From an uncultured Phycisphaerales bacterium (GTDB lineage: Bacteria > Planctomycetota > Phycisphaerae > Sedimentisphaerales > Anaerobacaceae), in contig CAVYYI010000005.1 of assembly GCA_963772725.1 (NCBI GenBank), positions 96,001 through 160,000 on the forward strand: 64,000 nucleotides of DNA, written 5' to 3'. The position numbers and the translations under genes are program-made. Shown here piece by piece: positions 1 through 10,093 of the stretch (within the stretch, counting starts at the first letter, position 1; each line of letters starts with the position of its first letter). The notes under the pieces are model-generated. The model searched no databases. It was given only the letters and a program-made list of their open reading frames with translations, and was not told where the DNA came from.

Positions 1-269
1 ACGTTCGCGTGTCCCAAGGGATTCAAGGGAATTTAAGGAAACTTTCAAGCAAAGAGAATCAGTTCGAGCAATACTTTGCTCGGTTAGGAGACCGTGAAGC
101 TGAACAGACTACGCACTATTCATTGAAAACCGTGCGTAATCAGATGACAATCGCTCATCTGACGGCAAGTCTTATCGGCGTTGCCGCTGCTATATTGCTT
201 AAACAGCCCGGGAAAATGCGTTGCCATAAAACATTCGCACAAATACCAAACCGACGCAAGGCCGGCTGA
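1..269 (+). mobile_element. C-terminal part of a probable DDE IS transposase (truncated by window edge)
   Basis: ORF tail EQYFARLGD...YSLKTVRNQMTIAHLTASLI resembles the last-Glu/C-terminal helices of IS4/IS5/IS1182-type transposases; followed by ~220 bp non-coding DNA ending in TATTTCACACCGTC. Confidence 0.5.
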
Positions 270-472
270 TGTCTCAGTTGACGTTGAACGATTAACTTTT
301 CAAAGAGCTAAGACAGAACTCTCGGGGATACTCTGTCTCTAAACAGGCCTTCTGGCCTTAAAAAAACCAAAATTCACACTCATGCTGCAATAATCCATCA
401 GTTCCACTGCCATTGCGTTGTTTATCCGTTCCGACCTCTGCTAAAAATCATTCATTTTGCAGAAGTCTTATA

Positions 473-494
473 AAAAACAGTATTTCACACCGTC
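473..494 (+). repeat. 22-bp direct repeat copy 1, possible IS right end
   Basis: AAAAACAGTATTTCACACCGTC; 20/22 identical to 1119-1140. Confidence 0.6.
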
Positions 495-524
495 AAAATC
501 GTCACATATTGCCGTTTTTTTTAG

Positions 525-1070
525 TTATGGGTTGAACGAAACATATTTGAACTTCTGGCCGCCCAAAGAGGCATCCACCATCAGACCCGTATCTTCCATT
601 ATGAACACGGCCATGCCGGCCCTGTAACTGGCTTTCGCGGCGACTCCCGCCGTAAGGGCTACGCCGGTAGCCTGAGCGCTAAAGGTGATCGGTTCCGTTT
701 TGAACTTATCAAAGTCTATCTTGTCTCTGAAGAACACGATTTCGCGGAAGTATTCGCCGCCAATAGAAAAACCGATTGTTGCCTGAGACATGCTGCAGTA
801 AGCAATCATTTTGCCCTGTTCATAGACTTCGCCTCTGCCAAAAGCGCCACCGCCTATAAATGCGGCCTTGAACACTTTGGGAAGCACTGCATAGCCATAG
901 GATTCAGTGAAGAACCGTTCAATAGTTGGGTCCTTCGCCTTAAAGACCGAAACCCCTTCCTTTACCTGTGTTCCAAGAACTGCCTTAGCTTCTGCGTTGT
1001 CTGGAACAGTCGCACAACCAGCTGCCACAAAAAGCAGCAGAACGAACGAAATAGTCAGCATTGTTTTCAT
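525..1070 (-). CDS. YSC84/SYLF-type lipid-binding lipoprotein
   Basis: Lipobox AAGC; motifs YGYAVLPKV.KAAFIGGGAFGRG and GLMVDASLGGQKFKY. Confidence 0.85.
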   Translation of the reverse strand: MKTMLTISFVLLLFVAAGCATVPDNAEAKAVLGTQVKEGVSVFKAKDPTIERFFTESYGYAVLPKVFKAAFIGGGAFGRGEVYEQGKMIAYCSMSQATIGFSIGGEYFREIVFFRDKIDFDKFKTEPITFSAQATGVALTAGVAAKASYRAGMAVFIMEDTGLMVDASLGGQKFKYVSFNP

Positions 1071-1118
1071 TATTTTTCCTTTCTAAAATATAGAGTCATA
1101 TAACATTTCTTATCTGCG

Positions 1119-1140
1119 AAAAACATTATTTCACATCGTC
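1119..1140 (+). repeat. 22-bp direct repeat copy 2
   Basis: AAAAACATTATTTCACATCGTC. Confidence 0.6.
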
Positions 1141-1262
1141 GAAAACAGTGTATATTACAGTCATCCAAGAAAACTGAACACACCTTGGTTAATGTCACGC
1201 TAACACCATCGTATAAGCAGGTGCACCCCCCGTGCACCGGCTCTTGAATAACTTTCTCAAAT

Positions 1263-1672
1263 CTACGGAGCTACAACTTTCACGTTGAATTCCTTCGAGG
1301 TTGGTTCCCCTGTTTCCGGGGTACCCTTGACAGAAACCTTATACTCACCGATGGCGGCGTCTTTGGCTGCTGAAATCTGAAGTTGCACATCAGGTTTGTC
1401 GCTTGCCTTAACCAAAACTTTGGTTGGATCGACACTGATGCCCTTGGACGCTTTGATTTGCAGCTTCACATTCCGCTTAAAATACTCGCCTCTTTCCACG
1501 GAGACGGTAACGTGTTTGGATTTCACCCTGTTTAACCTCTGTGCTGAAGGTCGGGACAGCGATCTTGAATCCTACGTCTTTGGTCATGCCGCCGCCTCTT
1601 CGGGCTGCTCGATTGACAGCCGTACATAGCCGCCAGCGCTAACGTTAGTACAATTGTAATTACTGTTTTCAT
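1263..1672 (-). CDS. Putative lipoprotein with Ig-like beta domain (frameshifted)
   Basis: Signal peptide MKTVITIVLTLALAAMYGC in one frame; beta-rich C-terminal half (...AAIGEYKVSVKG) in ORF 1263-1526. Confidence 0.6.
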
Positions 1673-1732
1673 CTTTTGTTCCTTTCTAAAAAATCTAAAA
1701 ATGGAGTCATACAATACACCTTATATTATAAT

Positions 1733-1981
1733 CTACCATGTTTTCATTTCCTCATCGGCTTCACGCCACTCCTCTCGGTTCTTCAGCTCCTGTTCGGCTT
1801 TCAGCCAGTTCTGTTCACTTTGGCCTTGCCTGCAGCCATTCTCGACGTAAATTTCATACGCCCGCCTGGAAATATCTTTATGCGTCGGCATGGCGACGCC
1901 AGGCCCGAAATGGGGAGCTTTATGCTCTTGCTGCATTTCAGACATTTGCGTCGCTTTCGACTTAGTCATGTACTTACTCAT
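1733..1981 (-). CDS. DUF2934 domain protein
   Basis: PTHKDISRRAYEIY..G...G....WLKAEQEL signature. Confidence 0.85.
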   Translation of the reverse strand: MSKYMTKSKATQMSEMQQEHKAPHFGPGVAMPTHKDISRRAYEIYVENGCRQGQSEQNWLKAEQELKNREEWREADEEMKTW

Positions 1982-2017
1982 AGAATCGTCCTTTAATCAT
2001 AGCTTTGAGCAATGGGC

Positions 2018-3703
2018 TCATTTATCTTTATTTTTGTTCCTGCCTTTATCTTTGTCCCTGGTGTCACCGCCTTGCTGGCGTTCCTCAACCGGATTTGGCG
2101 GCAGACCTCCTTTTGACTTACCCGAATCGACAGCCCTGCCTGCAATCGGCGACTTGGGAATCTTAACCATCTCCGGCCTGGTCACACGTACCTCACGCGG
2201 CAAAACAACCGCAGGTGTGTGATCGGCGGGTTTAGCAACAGAACCTTTGCGCTCCATAGGTGCAGACACCGGCTCTTTATGTTCAGAGGGCTGTGTTACA
2301 GGGCTTTTGCGTTCCATAGGTTGAGTAATAGAGCCATTGTGTTCCACAGGCGCAGATACGGGTTCTTTATGTCCAGATGGTTGCGTCACAGGACCTTTGC
2401 GTTCTATAGGTGCAGATACCGGCTCTTTATTTTCAGAAGGTTGTGTTACAGGACTTTTGTATCCTATGGCTGGCTGGGTAGTTTTTTGAACGATTGGCGC
2501 GGATTCCCAGCGGTTGCGTTCCTCGCGAAACTTTGATACCTCGGTTGCCTGTGCGGTAATCTCCTTTTGTGTTTTGGTATCGATCTGCTCGAACCTCATC
2601 GTTGCCCTGCTTGCAACTACATCAGTCAAGGGACGTGCTATACGAATGTTCTTTCGCTGCTGTTCAGGCATTGCGGCCTGCCGCGTCTCCATCTCGTGAT
2701 AAGTTCTGGGCGGGCGAAGGTTCCTGTCTGCACGGCGAAGATCGTATTCATGACGCGAATGCTCATCCCAATCAGATTCTGTTCGGCGATTATGCCATCG
2801 GTCATACACATAGATCGGGTCATACCAGGTATGGAACCGCTCGCTTTCAAACTGTGGAAAAATGCCGAGACTCAGGTAGGCGTCATCATAGTAATCACCG
2901 AAGTAGTAGTGGCTATAACGCAGGTAGGTAAACAGATTCAGCTGCAGCATGCCGATATCGATGACTATACTTGGCGAGTAGGAAAACCCTCTCCGAACAT
3001 ATACTGACTGCGGAAAATAGACCGGCGCAAACAGCATGCCGCGTCGTTCCAGCGAGTAGTCCCAATGACCCGGCGAGAAGATATAGCCTCGCGGTGTCCA
3101 AATGTAATGAGACGGTCCCCATACCCACCCCTGCTGTGCTGCCAGCCAGTACCCTGGCCGCCTGACATAGTGATCCTGGTACCAGTATTGACATGAGGGC
3201 ACCCAAATATTGTTTTCCGATGGCGGCGGACCTGGCGGCTGCACATCTTCTAATGCCGGAGGGGCCGGCAGATATTCGATTTCTTGAATGCCGGACTGTG
3301 CCCAGAAACCAGCTACCCACTCCCAGCCTTCATTGACCCTGGCCCAGTAGCCTGGTACCCAGGACATATTCGGCGGCGCGGCGCGCCAGCATTCACTGAC
3401 CCAAATATAATCATTGCGGTCGGCATCCCATGACCAATATCCCGGAACGAGGACGAATTGATCGCCCGTCGGTCTTTGCACCGGTGCTATTTCCGTGATA
3501 TTGGCAGGCGGTGGTTTCGGTGCTACCAGTCCTGCCTGCACATGGAGGTTGACCGGCTCGGCAAAGGCTTCATGCACCGGCCCGCGTGTCAAAACTTCCG
3601 GCTGCTCCTGAGACGGTATTGGCGGCGGCTGCTCAGCGGCTGCGTTATAGAGCGGGTAAGACCAAAGAACCAGCATTATCACTATCATGATTTCAGTTTT
3701 CAT
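2018..3703 (-). CDS. Secreted YXWGXW/WXXGXW-repeat protein with repetitive Pro-rich tail
   Basis: Signal peptide; repeated WVPGYW, WVAGFW, RRPGYW, FSPGHW. Confidence 0.8.
   Translation of the reverse strand: MKTEIMIVIMLVLWSYPLYNAAAEQPPPIPSQEQPEVLTRGPVHEAFAEPVNLHVQAGLVAPKPPPANITEIAPVQRPTGDQFVLVPGYWSWDADRNDYIWVSECWRAAPPNMSWVPGYWARVNEGWEWVAGFWAQSGIQEIEYLPAPPALEDVQPPGPPPSENNIWVPSCQYWYQDHYVRRPGYWLAAQQGWVWGPSHYIWTPRGYIFSPGHWDYSLERRGMLFAPVYFPQSVYVRRGFSYSPSIVIDIGMLQLNLFTYLRYSHYYFGDYYDDAYLSLGIFPQFESERFHTWYDPIYVYDRWHNRRTESDWDEHSRHEYDLRRADRNLRPPRTYHEMETRQAAMPEQQRKNIRIARPLTDVVASRATMRFEQIDTKTQKEITAQATEVSKFREERNRWESAPIVQKTTQPAIGYKSPVTQPSENKEPVSAPIERKGPVTQPSGHKEPVSAPVEHNGSITQPMERKSPVTQPSEHKEPVSAPMERKGSVAKPADHTPAVVLPREVRVTRPEMVKIPKSPIAGRAVDSGKSKGGLPPNPVEERQQGGDTRDKDKGRNKNKDK
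2222..2462 (-). repeat. Coding tandem repeat, ~8 x 30 nt (10 aa)
   Basis: PVTQPSENKE/PVSAPIERKG/PVTQPSGHKE/PVSAPVEHNG/SITQPMERKS/PVTQPSEHKE/PVSAPMERKG. Confidence 0.85.
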
Positions 3704-3784
3704 CTATTTTTCCTCTCTTAAAGAAAGTGTCATAACAATATTCTTTTTTTGTTAATGATATATTCATATCAAAGCTTTCTGGTT

Positions 3785-3988
3785 TCATTTAGTTTGACCG
3801 CGTAACAGGCCGCCCAGCCCGATAATAATCGCAACAATTCCGCCGATGAGAAGCCATATCGTCTTGTCGGTTGGTGAGCCGGTGAAAAAGCGAGAAACAT
3901 CAGAACTGAATGAGTTTGACGCAGAAACACCGTAAATCACAAGACCAATACCACCGGCAAGAATTGCCAGATATATTGCTTTATTCAT
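3785..3988 (-). CDS. DUF3185 family small membrane protein
   Basis: S.SSDVSRFFTGSPTDKTIWLLIGG signature between two TM helices. Confidence 0.85.
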   Translation of the reverse strand: MNKAIYLAILAGGIGLVIYGVSASNSFSSDVSRFFTGSPTDKTIWLLIGGIVAIIIGLGGLLRGQTK

Positions 3989-4025
3989 ATAAAAACCTCT
4001 TTTAATTTTCGGCAGCACGAAATGG

Positions 4026-4176
4026 TCACACAACTCTTCGTCCGCTGATGATTCTAAACAAGACGACCACAACGGCAATCACCAGGAGAGCGTGAATTAA
4101 ACCACCCATGGTGTAGGAAGTCACCAACCCCAGGAGCCACAATACGAGCAGAATCAACAGCAATAGTGTAAAGCAT
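4026..4176 (-). CDS. lmo0937-family small membrane protein (one-base frameshift)
   Basis: Manual translation after removing one base: MLYTIAVILLVLWLLGLVTSYTMGGLIHALLVIAVVVVLFRIISGRRVV. Confidence 0.8.
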
Positions 4177-4316
4177 AACAAACCTAACCTTTCTTTTTTT
4201 GGGGGGTTTAGTGTTTACCGCACACGGCCAAGCCGCCTGACGGACCAACCCCACATACTCAATTTCCTATGTCAACTCGAAACAGTTTTTCATTACCGGG
4301 ACAGGTTAACTTTTCA

Positions 4317-5005
4317 TTATTTCCCGGAGCGTTTTTGCTTTAATTCCTCAAGATACCTTGCCGCGGCATCTTTACCGCCTAATCCAAAGGCAAGCGCCAA
4401 AGCAAGGACAATACCGCCAAGGATAATATTGAAGGTGGCAGTTACCAAAAGCGGTGCAATGCCAAGCTCTCCCAACGAAATTGTCACTGCGAAAATTATA
4501 ATCGCCCATCGACTTATACCGGCAAGTAACTCCGGTTTGGGCAAATTGGCATTACCCGCGGCTGTGCGAACTATTCCCGACACAAAACTGGCCAGAAACA
4601 TAGCAACTACCAGAACAAGCAAGGCTGCTATGACCTTCGGGACATAAGCAAATAAGCTTGCAAGAATATCCGAAGCCTTGGGCAGCCCCAGATGCATCGA
4701 CCGTCATTACTAAAACCATAATAATAATCAGCCAATAAACGATACTGCTTACCACCTCTCTGGCGGTAATTTTCAAATCGCCCTTCCTTAGGATTTCCGA
4801 TATGCCCGCCTTGTCTGCCAGCGTATCAAAGCGTAATGCCTTAAGCAGCCAGTCAACTATCCGTCTGATTGCCTTGGCCACAAGCCAGCCTACTATCAGA
4901 ATTACTAATGCACCCAGCAGGATAGGAAGATAGGCCATTATTCTGGTCAGCATTTGACGAACCGGCTCAACAATAAGATTGTCCCCATTCTATTACAGCT
5001 AACAT
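4317..5005 (-). CDS. Conserved TM-helix-repeat protein (MscS-associated type), frameshifted
   Basis: Two YLPILLGALVILIVG / YVPKVIAALLVLVV repeats and ALALAFGLGGKD; ORFs 4552-4953 and 4317-4697. Confidence 0.8.
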
Positions 5006-5591
5006 TTTTTTTGTACCTCCCATAAAATTATTAAAATTTAAGGGTTCAAGCCGTTATATCCAAACCCTTACTATCCGCGTTATCTTTTAGAATCTCACTT
5101 TTAATATGTTTACTTTGTCTAAGTGTTTATAATACCGTCATTTCAGCATAGAGATTCCCATCCCTTTTAGTCTCTAATAGTATCCGCAAGAATAAAAAGC
5201 ACAATAAGGATAAATCCTAATTAACGCTTCGAAAAACCTTAGAATCATTGGAGCAAATTCGCCAGCTTTGCTTGAGTATAGGCACAAAGTTTCGGCGAAC
5301 AGGTTGGCAGAAAGAAAGGAATGAGGTGGAAAGCAGATAGTTGAGCATGGGAAAAAGTTAAAATAAGCCAAAAGTGATGAAAGTTAGAAAAGTACTAAAA
5401 AATGGATTTACCTACAAACGACCGGTACACCCCCTAAAAGCTGGGAAGTGATTTTCGATTTGCAATCGGGGGGCGTTTGGGTTATAAATTTAATCGTTTA
5501 AGGTCTGCGGCCAAAGTGTGTATTGGCTGGCAGCTCGACAGGGGCTCGCCACAAGCAGCGATGAAAAACAATTAACTGGAAGGAGTCAAAA

Positions 5592-7055
5592 ATGGCGGAA
5601 ATGAGAAAATATATAGCGGTTGACCTCGGAGCTGAAAGCGGAAGGGTAATGCTCGGAGAAGTGTCGGCGGATAAGCTCGCACTCGAACAGATTCACCGTT
5701 TCGGCAACGGGCCAATAGAAGAGAACGGCTCGCTGCATTGGGATTTCAAGCGGTTACTGTCTGAAATTAAAACGGGCATAGGAAAGGCGACCAAGCAGGC
5801 GGGCGGCAAGATTGCGGGCATAGCGGTTGACAGTTGGGGGGTGGATTTCGGGCTGCTGGACGCGAACGGCACACTGATTGAAAACCCATACAATTACCGC
5901 GACAGCAGGACCAACGGGATGATGGAAAAGGCGTTTGAGATGATGAGCAAGCGCGAGATTTATGAAAATACAGGTGTGCAGTTTATGCAGCTTAATACGA
6001 TTTATCAGTTCCTGGCGATGCGGCTGGCGAATTCAGCGGTACTTGCCAAGGCCAAAAAGCTAATTTTCGCGGCGGATTTGTTCGCGTATTATTTGTGCGG
6101 CAAGGCTTACGGGGAATATTCGCTGGCAAGTACATCGCAACTGATGGATATGAAGACCGGAAAGTGGTCGAAGAAGATTTTCAAGGCGTTGTCGCTGCCG
6201 ATTGATATTATGCCGGAAGTTGTTCAGCCCGGGACGGTTGTGGGCAAACTCACAAAGGAAATCGCCAAAGAAATCGGTTGTGAGCAAATTCCGGTTATTG
6301 CGGTCGGTTCGCACGATACTGCGTCGGCTGTGGCGGCGGTGCCGGGAGGAAACAATAACTGGGCATATCTATCCTGTGGAACCTGGAGCCTGATGGGCGT
6401 GGAGATACCAAAGCCGCTTATAAACGACAAGACATTCGAGTACGAGTTCACGAACGAGGGCGGCGTGGAGAAAACGATTCGACTGTTGAAGAACATAATA
6501 GGGCTGTGGCTCGTGCAGGAATGCAAGCGGCAATGGGAAAAGGAAGGGGTGAATCTGTCGTATACGGATATAACAAAAATGGCGGCCAAGGGTAAGCCTT
6601 TTGTGGTGAATATACCGCCGGATTATGACGGTTTCCTGTCGCCGGGTGATATGCCTAAACGGATAAATGAGTACCTGGCGAAAAGGGGACAGAAAAAAAT
6701 CGACGACAAGGGACAGATGATACGGGCGATTCTCGAAAGTCTGGCGTTCAAGTATCGCTGGGCGTTTGAGAAGCTTGAGGATATTACGGGCAGAAAGCTT
6801 GATTGTCTGCACATTGTCGGAGGCGGCAGTCAGAATGAGCTGCTGTGTCAGTTTACAGCCAACGCCCTGGGCAAAAAGGTGATAACCGGGCCGATAGAGG
6901 CGACGGCGAGCGGCAATATTCTTATGCAGGCTAAGGCGGTCGGGCAGTTGAAGTCCCTGGCGGAAATCAGGAATGTTGTTCGCAACTCGTTTGATGTTAA
7001 GGAATATCAGCCGCAGGAAACACAAATCTGGGAAAAGGAGTATAAGAGCAGATAA
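5592..7055 (+). CDS. rhaB: Rhamnulokinase-family (FGGY) sugar kinase
   Basis: AVDLGAESGR, DSWGVDFGLLD, SHDTASAV, FTNEGG, IVGGGSQN. Confidence 0.85.
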   Translation: MAEMRKYIAVDLGAESGRVMLGEVSADKLALEQIHRFGNGPIEENGSLHWDFKRLLSEIKTGIGKATKQAGGKIAGIAVDSWGVDFGLLDANGTLIENPYNYRDSRTNGMMEKAFEMMSKREIYENTGVQFMQLNTIYQFLAMRLANSAVLAKAKKLIFAADLFAYYLCGKAYGEYSLASTSQLMDMKTGKWSKKIFKALSLPIDIMPEVVQPGTVVGKLTKEIAKEIGCEQIPVIAVGSHDTASAVAAVPGGNNNWAYLSCGTWSLMGVEIPKPLINDKTFEYEFTNEGGVEKTIRLLKNIIGLWLVQECKRQWEKEGVNLSYTDITKMAAKGKPFVVNIPPDYDGFLSPGDMPKRINEYLAKRGQKKIDDKGQMIRAILESLAFKYRWAFEKLEDITGRKLDCLHIVGGGSQNELLCQFTANALGKKVITGPIEATASGNILMQAKAVGQLKSLAEIRNVVRNSFDVKEYQPQETQIWEKEYKSR

Positions 7056-7069
7056 GCTCAACAGGAAAA

Positions 7070-8396
7070 ATGGATACAATAGAAAAACTTGAGCAAAAAT
7101 TAGATAGTTTCGATTTCGGCAGAGCGGCAGGCGGCGCTGGGGAGCCTGTGTGAAAAAGCAAGAACCGGCAAAATAACGCTGGCTGCACCGGGCGAGGAGA
7201 CTAATCTGCACTGCCACACTTTTTTTTCTTATAACAGCTACGGATACTCGCCGAGCAAATTCGCGTGGCTTGCGCGGAAGAGCGGGCTTGCGGTCGGGGG
7301 TGTAGTTGATTTCGACGTACTCGACGCGCTGGAGGAATTTATCGAGGCAGGGAAAACTGTCGGGCTGAAAGCCTGCGCCGGTCTTGAAACGCGGACATTT
7401 GTGCCGGAATTCGCAGACAGGGTAATAAATTCGCCGGGCGAGCCTGGAATATCGTATCACATGGGCGTGGGTTTTCCGAAAGCGAATCTGACGGGCGAGA
7501 TTGAGAAATTTCTGCTTAATCTTCGCATGACCGCTCAGCAGCGGAATATCGATTTGACTAAGAGAGTGAATAAATATCTTTCGCCGGTGGAAGTGGATTA
7601 TGCCAAAGACGTTCTTGTTCTGACGCCGTCTGGCAACGCGACGGAAAGGCATATCTGCCTGGCTTATGCCGGAAAGCGAAAAAGATTTTCGGCGATGACG
7701 CTTTGCTGGGTAAATTCTGGTCAGAGAAACTCGGTGTAAAGCCGGAATCGCTGCAACTTCCGGAAGGAAGAAGCTTATTAGACGCGATTCGCGCCAAAAC
7801 AATGAAACAAGGCGGGGTCGGATATGTTGTGCCGGGCAAGGGTTCGTTTCCGCTGATTTCGGAAACGAATAAATTTATCCTCGCGGCGGGGGCGATACCC
7901 GCGATAACGTGGCTGAATGGATTGAGCGATGGCGAAAAGGCGATTGAAGAACTTTTCGAGGTTGAGATGAGTACCGGAGCGGCGGCGCTGAATATTATCC
8001 CTGACCGCAATTACACCCCAGGTGTAAAAGATGAAAAACTGAAAAATCTTTACCAAGTCGCAGCACTTGCCGGAAAAGCTGAATCTGCCGGTAATCGCCG
8101 GAACGGAAATGAACAGCCCAGGGCAGAAGTTTGTGGACAGTTTCGGTACAGCGGAATTAAAGCCGCTGGTGCCGGTGTTTCTTAAAGGGGCGTATATTGT
8201 TTATGCGCATTCGGTTCTTTCGAGACAGTGCGGGCTGGGATATACCAGCCAATGGGCAAAGAGTAATTTCAAAAATACGGCGGAGAAAAATGAGTTTTTC
8301 AGAACTTTGGGTGAAAAACTGACACCGGGCAGAGAAGATAAACTCGGCGGAGTGAATGAGAACATATTGCCGCGCAAGATAATGGATATAATTTAA
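7070..8396 (+). CDS. PHP-fold metallo-hydrolase, split by several frameshifts
   Basis: ATG at 7070; NLHCHTFFSY HxH motif near 7200; continues in ORFs 7401-7739, 7703-8185 and 8067-8396. Confidence 0.6.
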
Positions 8397-8411
8397 CCAC
8401 TAAGGAAAATT

Positions 8412-10074
8412 ATGATAAATATACCTAAGATGCAAGAGGCGGTTCAGCTTGTCGGGCCGGACAAACTTGTATTCAATAAATCCAAGACGGTTGTGATGCC
8501 TGGCAGGTGCCAGATACTTTGCCGTGTTGAGGCGGTGGGGCTTTGTTTTTCCGACCTGAAGCTGCTAAAGCAATTTTCGAGCCACGTGCGCAAAAGCGAA
8601 ATCGTTTCCGGTATTGACGCGGCGGCACTGAAAGAGATTCCGAGTTATGTTCCGGGAGAGGCACCGGCGGTGCCTGGACATGAAACGGTGGTGAGAATTG
8701 CTGCTGTCGGGCCGGGAGTGACGAATTTCAAAGTCGGGCAGCGATACCTTGTTCAGACGGATTACCGGTGGCTCAAAACGGCGGTTTCAAACGCCGCCTT
8801 CGGATATAACCTCGAGGGAGGCCTGCAGGAATATGTTCTTCTCGATGAGAGGGTGTTTACTTCGCCGCATGGTGAATCGATGATGATACCGGTTAATGAA
8901 GAGCTTTCCGCGTCGGCGATTGCGCTGGTTGAGCCGTGGGCGTGCGTGGAGGATGCTTACGCCTCTAAGGAACGGCAGACCATAAAAGCTGGCGGTAAAA
9001 TGCTGATTGTCGCGGACGCGAATATCAAAGAGGCCGCTTTGAAAAATCTTTTCAAGAAATACGGTAAACCAGCGGAGATAACGTGGATTTCAAAGCAGGC
9101 GGCTCCGGCAGTTGATGTGACGGTAAAAAAAACGGAATTAAGTGAATTGGCGGACGGTGGTTATGACGATGTGATTTATCTCGGCAGCGATGTTAAGACG
9201 GCCGAGATGCTGTTCGCGAAAGTTGCGGCGCAGGGATTATTCAATATCGTTCAGTGCGGCGGCAGGTTCGGCAAAAATGTTGTAACGATGGTAGGTCGCG
9301 TTCATTACGGCGGGATTCGGATTATCGGGACAACGGGCGATGAGCCGACAGAGGCGATGAAATATATTCCCGCGACGGACGAAATTCGAAAGGGTGACAA
9401 GATAGACGTTATTGGCGCGGGCGGACCTATGGGTGTTATGCACGTGGTGAGAAATATCTGCCAGGGCGTCAAGGGTGTGAGTGTTTACGCTGGGGACACT
9501 GATGACAACAGGCTGGCAGCACTTACGAGGATTGCGGTGCCGCTGGCGAAGAAAAACAAGGTGCAGTATAAAACCTATAATCCAACCAGGGAAAAGGTCG
9601 ATGTCGCGTTCGATTATACGGCTGTAATGGCGCCGATACCTGCGCTGGTGGCAGGCGCGGTGAAGAATTCAGCGAGCAATGGTTTGATAAATATTTTCGC
9701 AGGCATACCCGCCAATGTTACCGGCGAGATAGACCTCGATATGTACATTGAAAAACATCTTTATTTTATCGGAACGAGCGGTTCGGTGCTTGAAGATATG
9801 AAGAGCATTTACAATAAGGTGGCGTCCGGCAGGCTCGATACGAATATTTCGATGGCGGCGGTGTGCGGGCTGCAAAACGCGGCTGAGGGAATACTGCGCG
9901 GTTGAAAACCGCCTGATAGCCGGTAAAATAATTGTTTATCCGGCGTGCAAAGGTCTGGAACTTACGACGCTTGAGAAACTCGGCGAGAAATTGCCGGAAG
10001 TGGCGAAATGTCTTAACGATGGTTTATGGAACAAAAAAGCGGAAGATGCGCTTTTGAAGGCATACAAGGCCTGA
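8412..10074 (+). CDS. Zn-dependent (MDR) sugar/sugar-phosphate dehydrogenase, L-sorbose-1-phosphate reductase-like; frameshift near 9900
   Basis: VGLCFSDLK, PGHE, GGLQEY, EPWACV, GAGGPMG. Confidence 0.75.
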
Positions 10075-10093
10075 CAGAGAGGAAATTTAAAAA

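Noticed and set aside
2222..2462. Possible CRISPR array
   Set aside because: Repeats are in-frame coding units without unique spacers; no cas genes in the window.
5174..5560. Short ORF and small hairpins upstream of the sugar operon (riboswitch or gene relic)
   Set aside because: No recognisable aptamer or protein motif.
6369..7802. 477-aa minus-strand ORF
   Set aside because: Antisense shadow of the kinase and PHP genes; no recognisable motifs.
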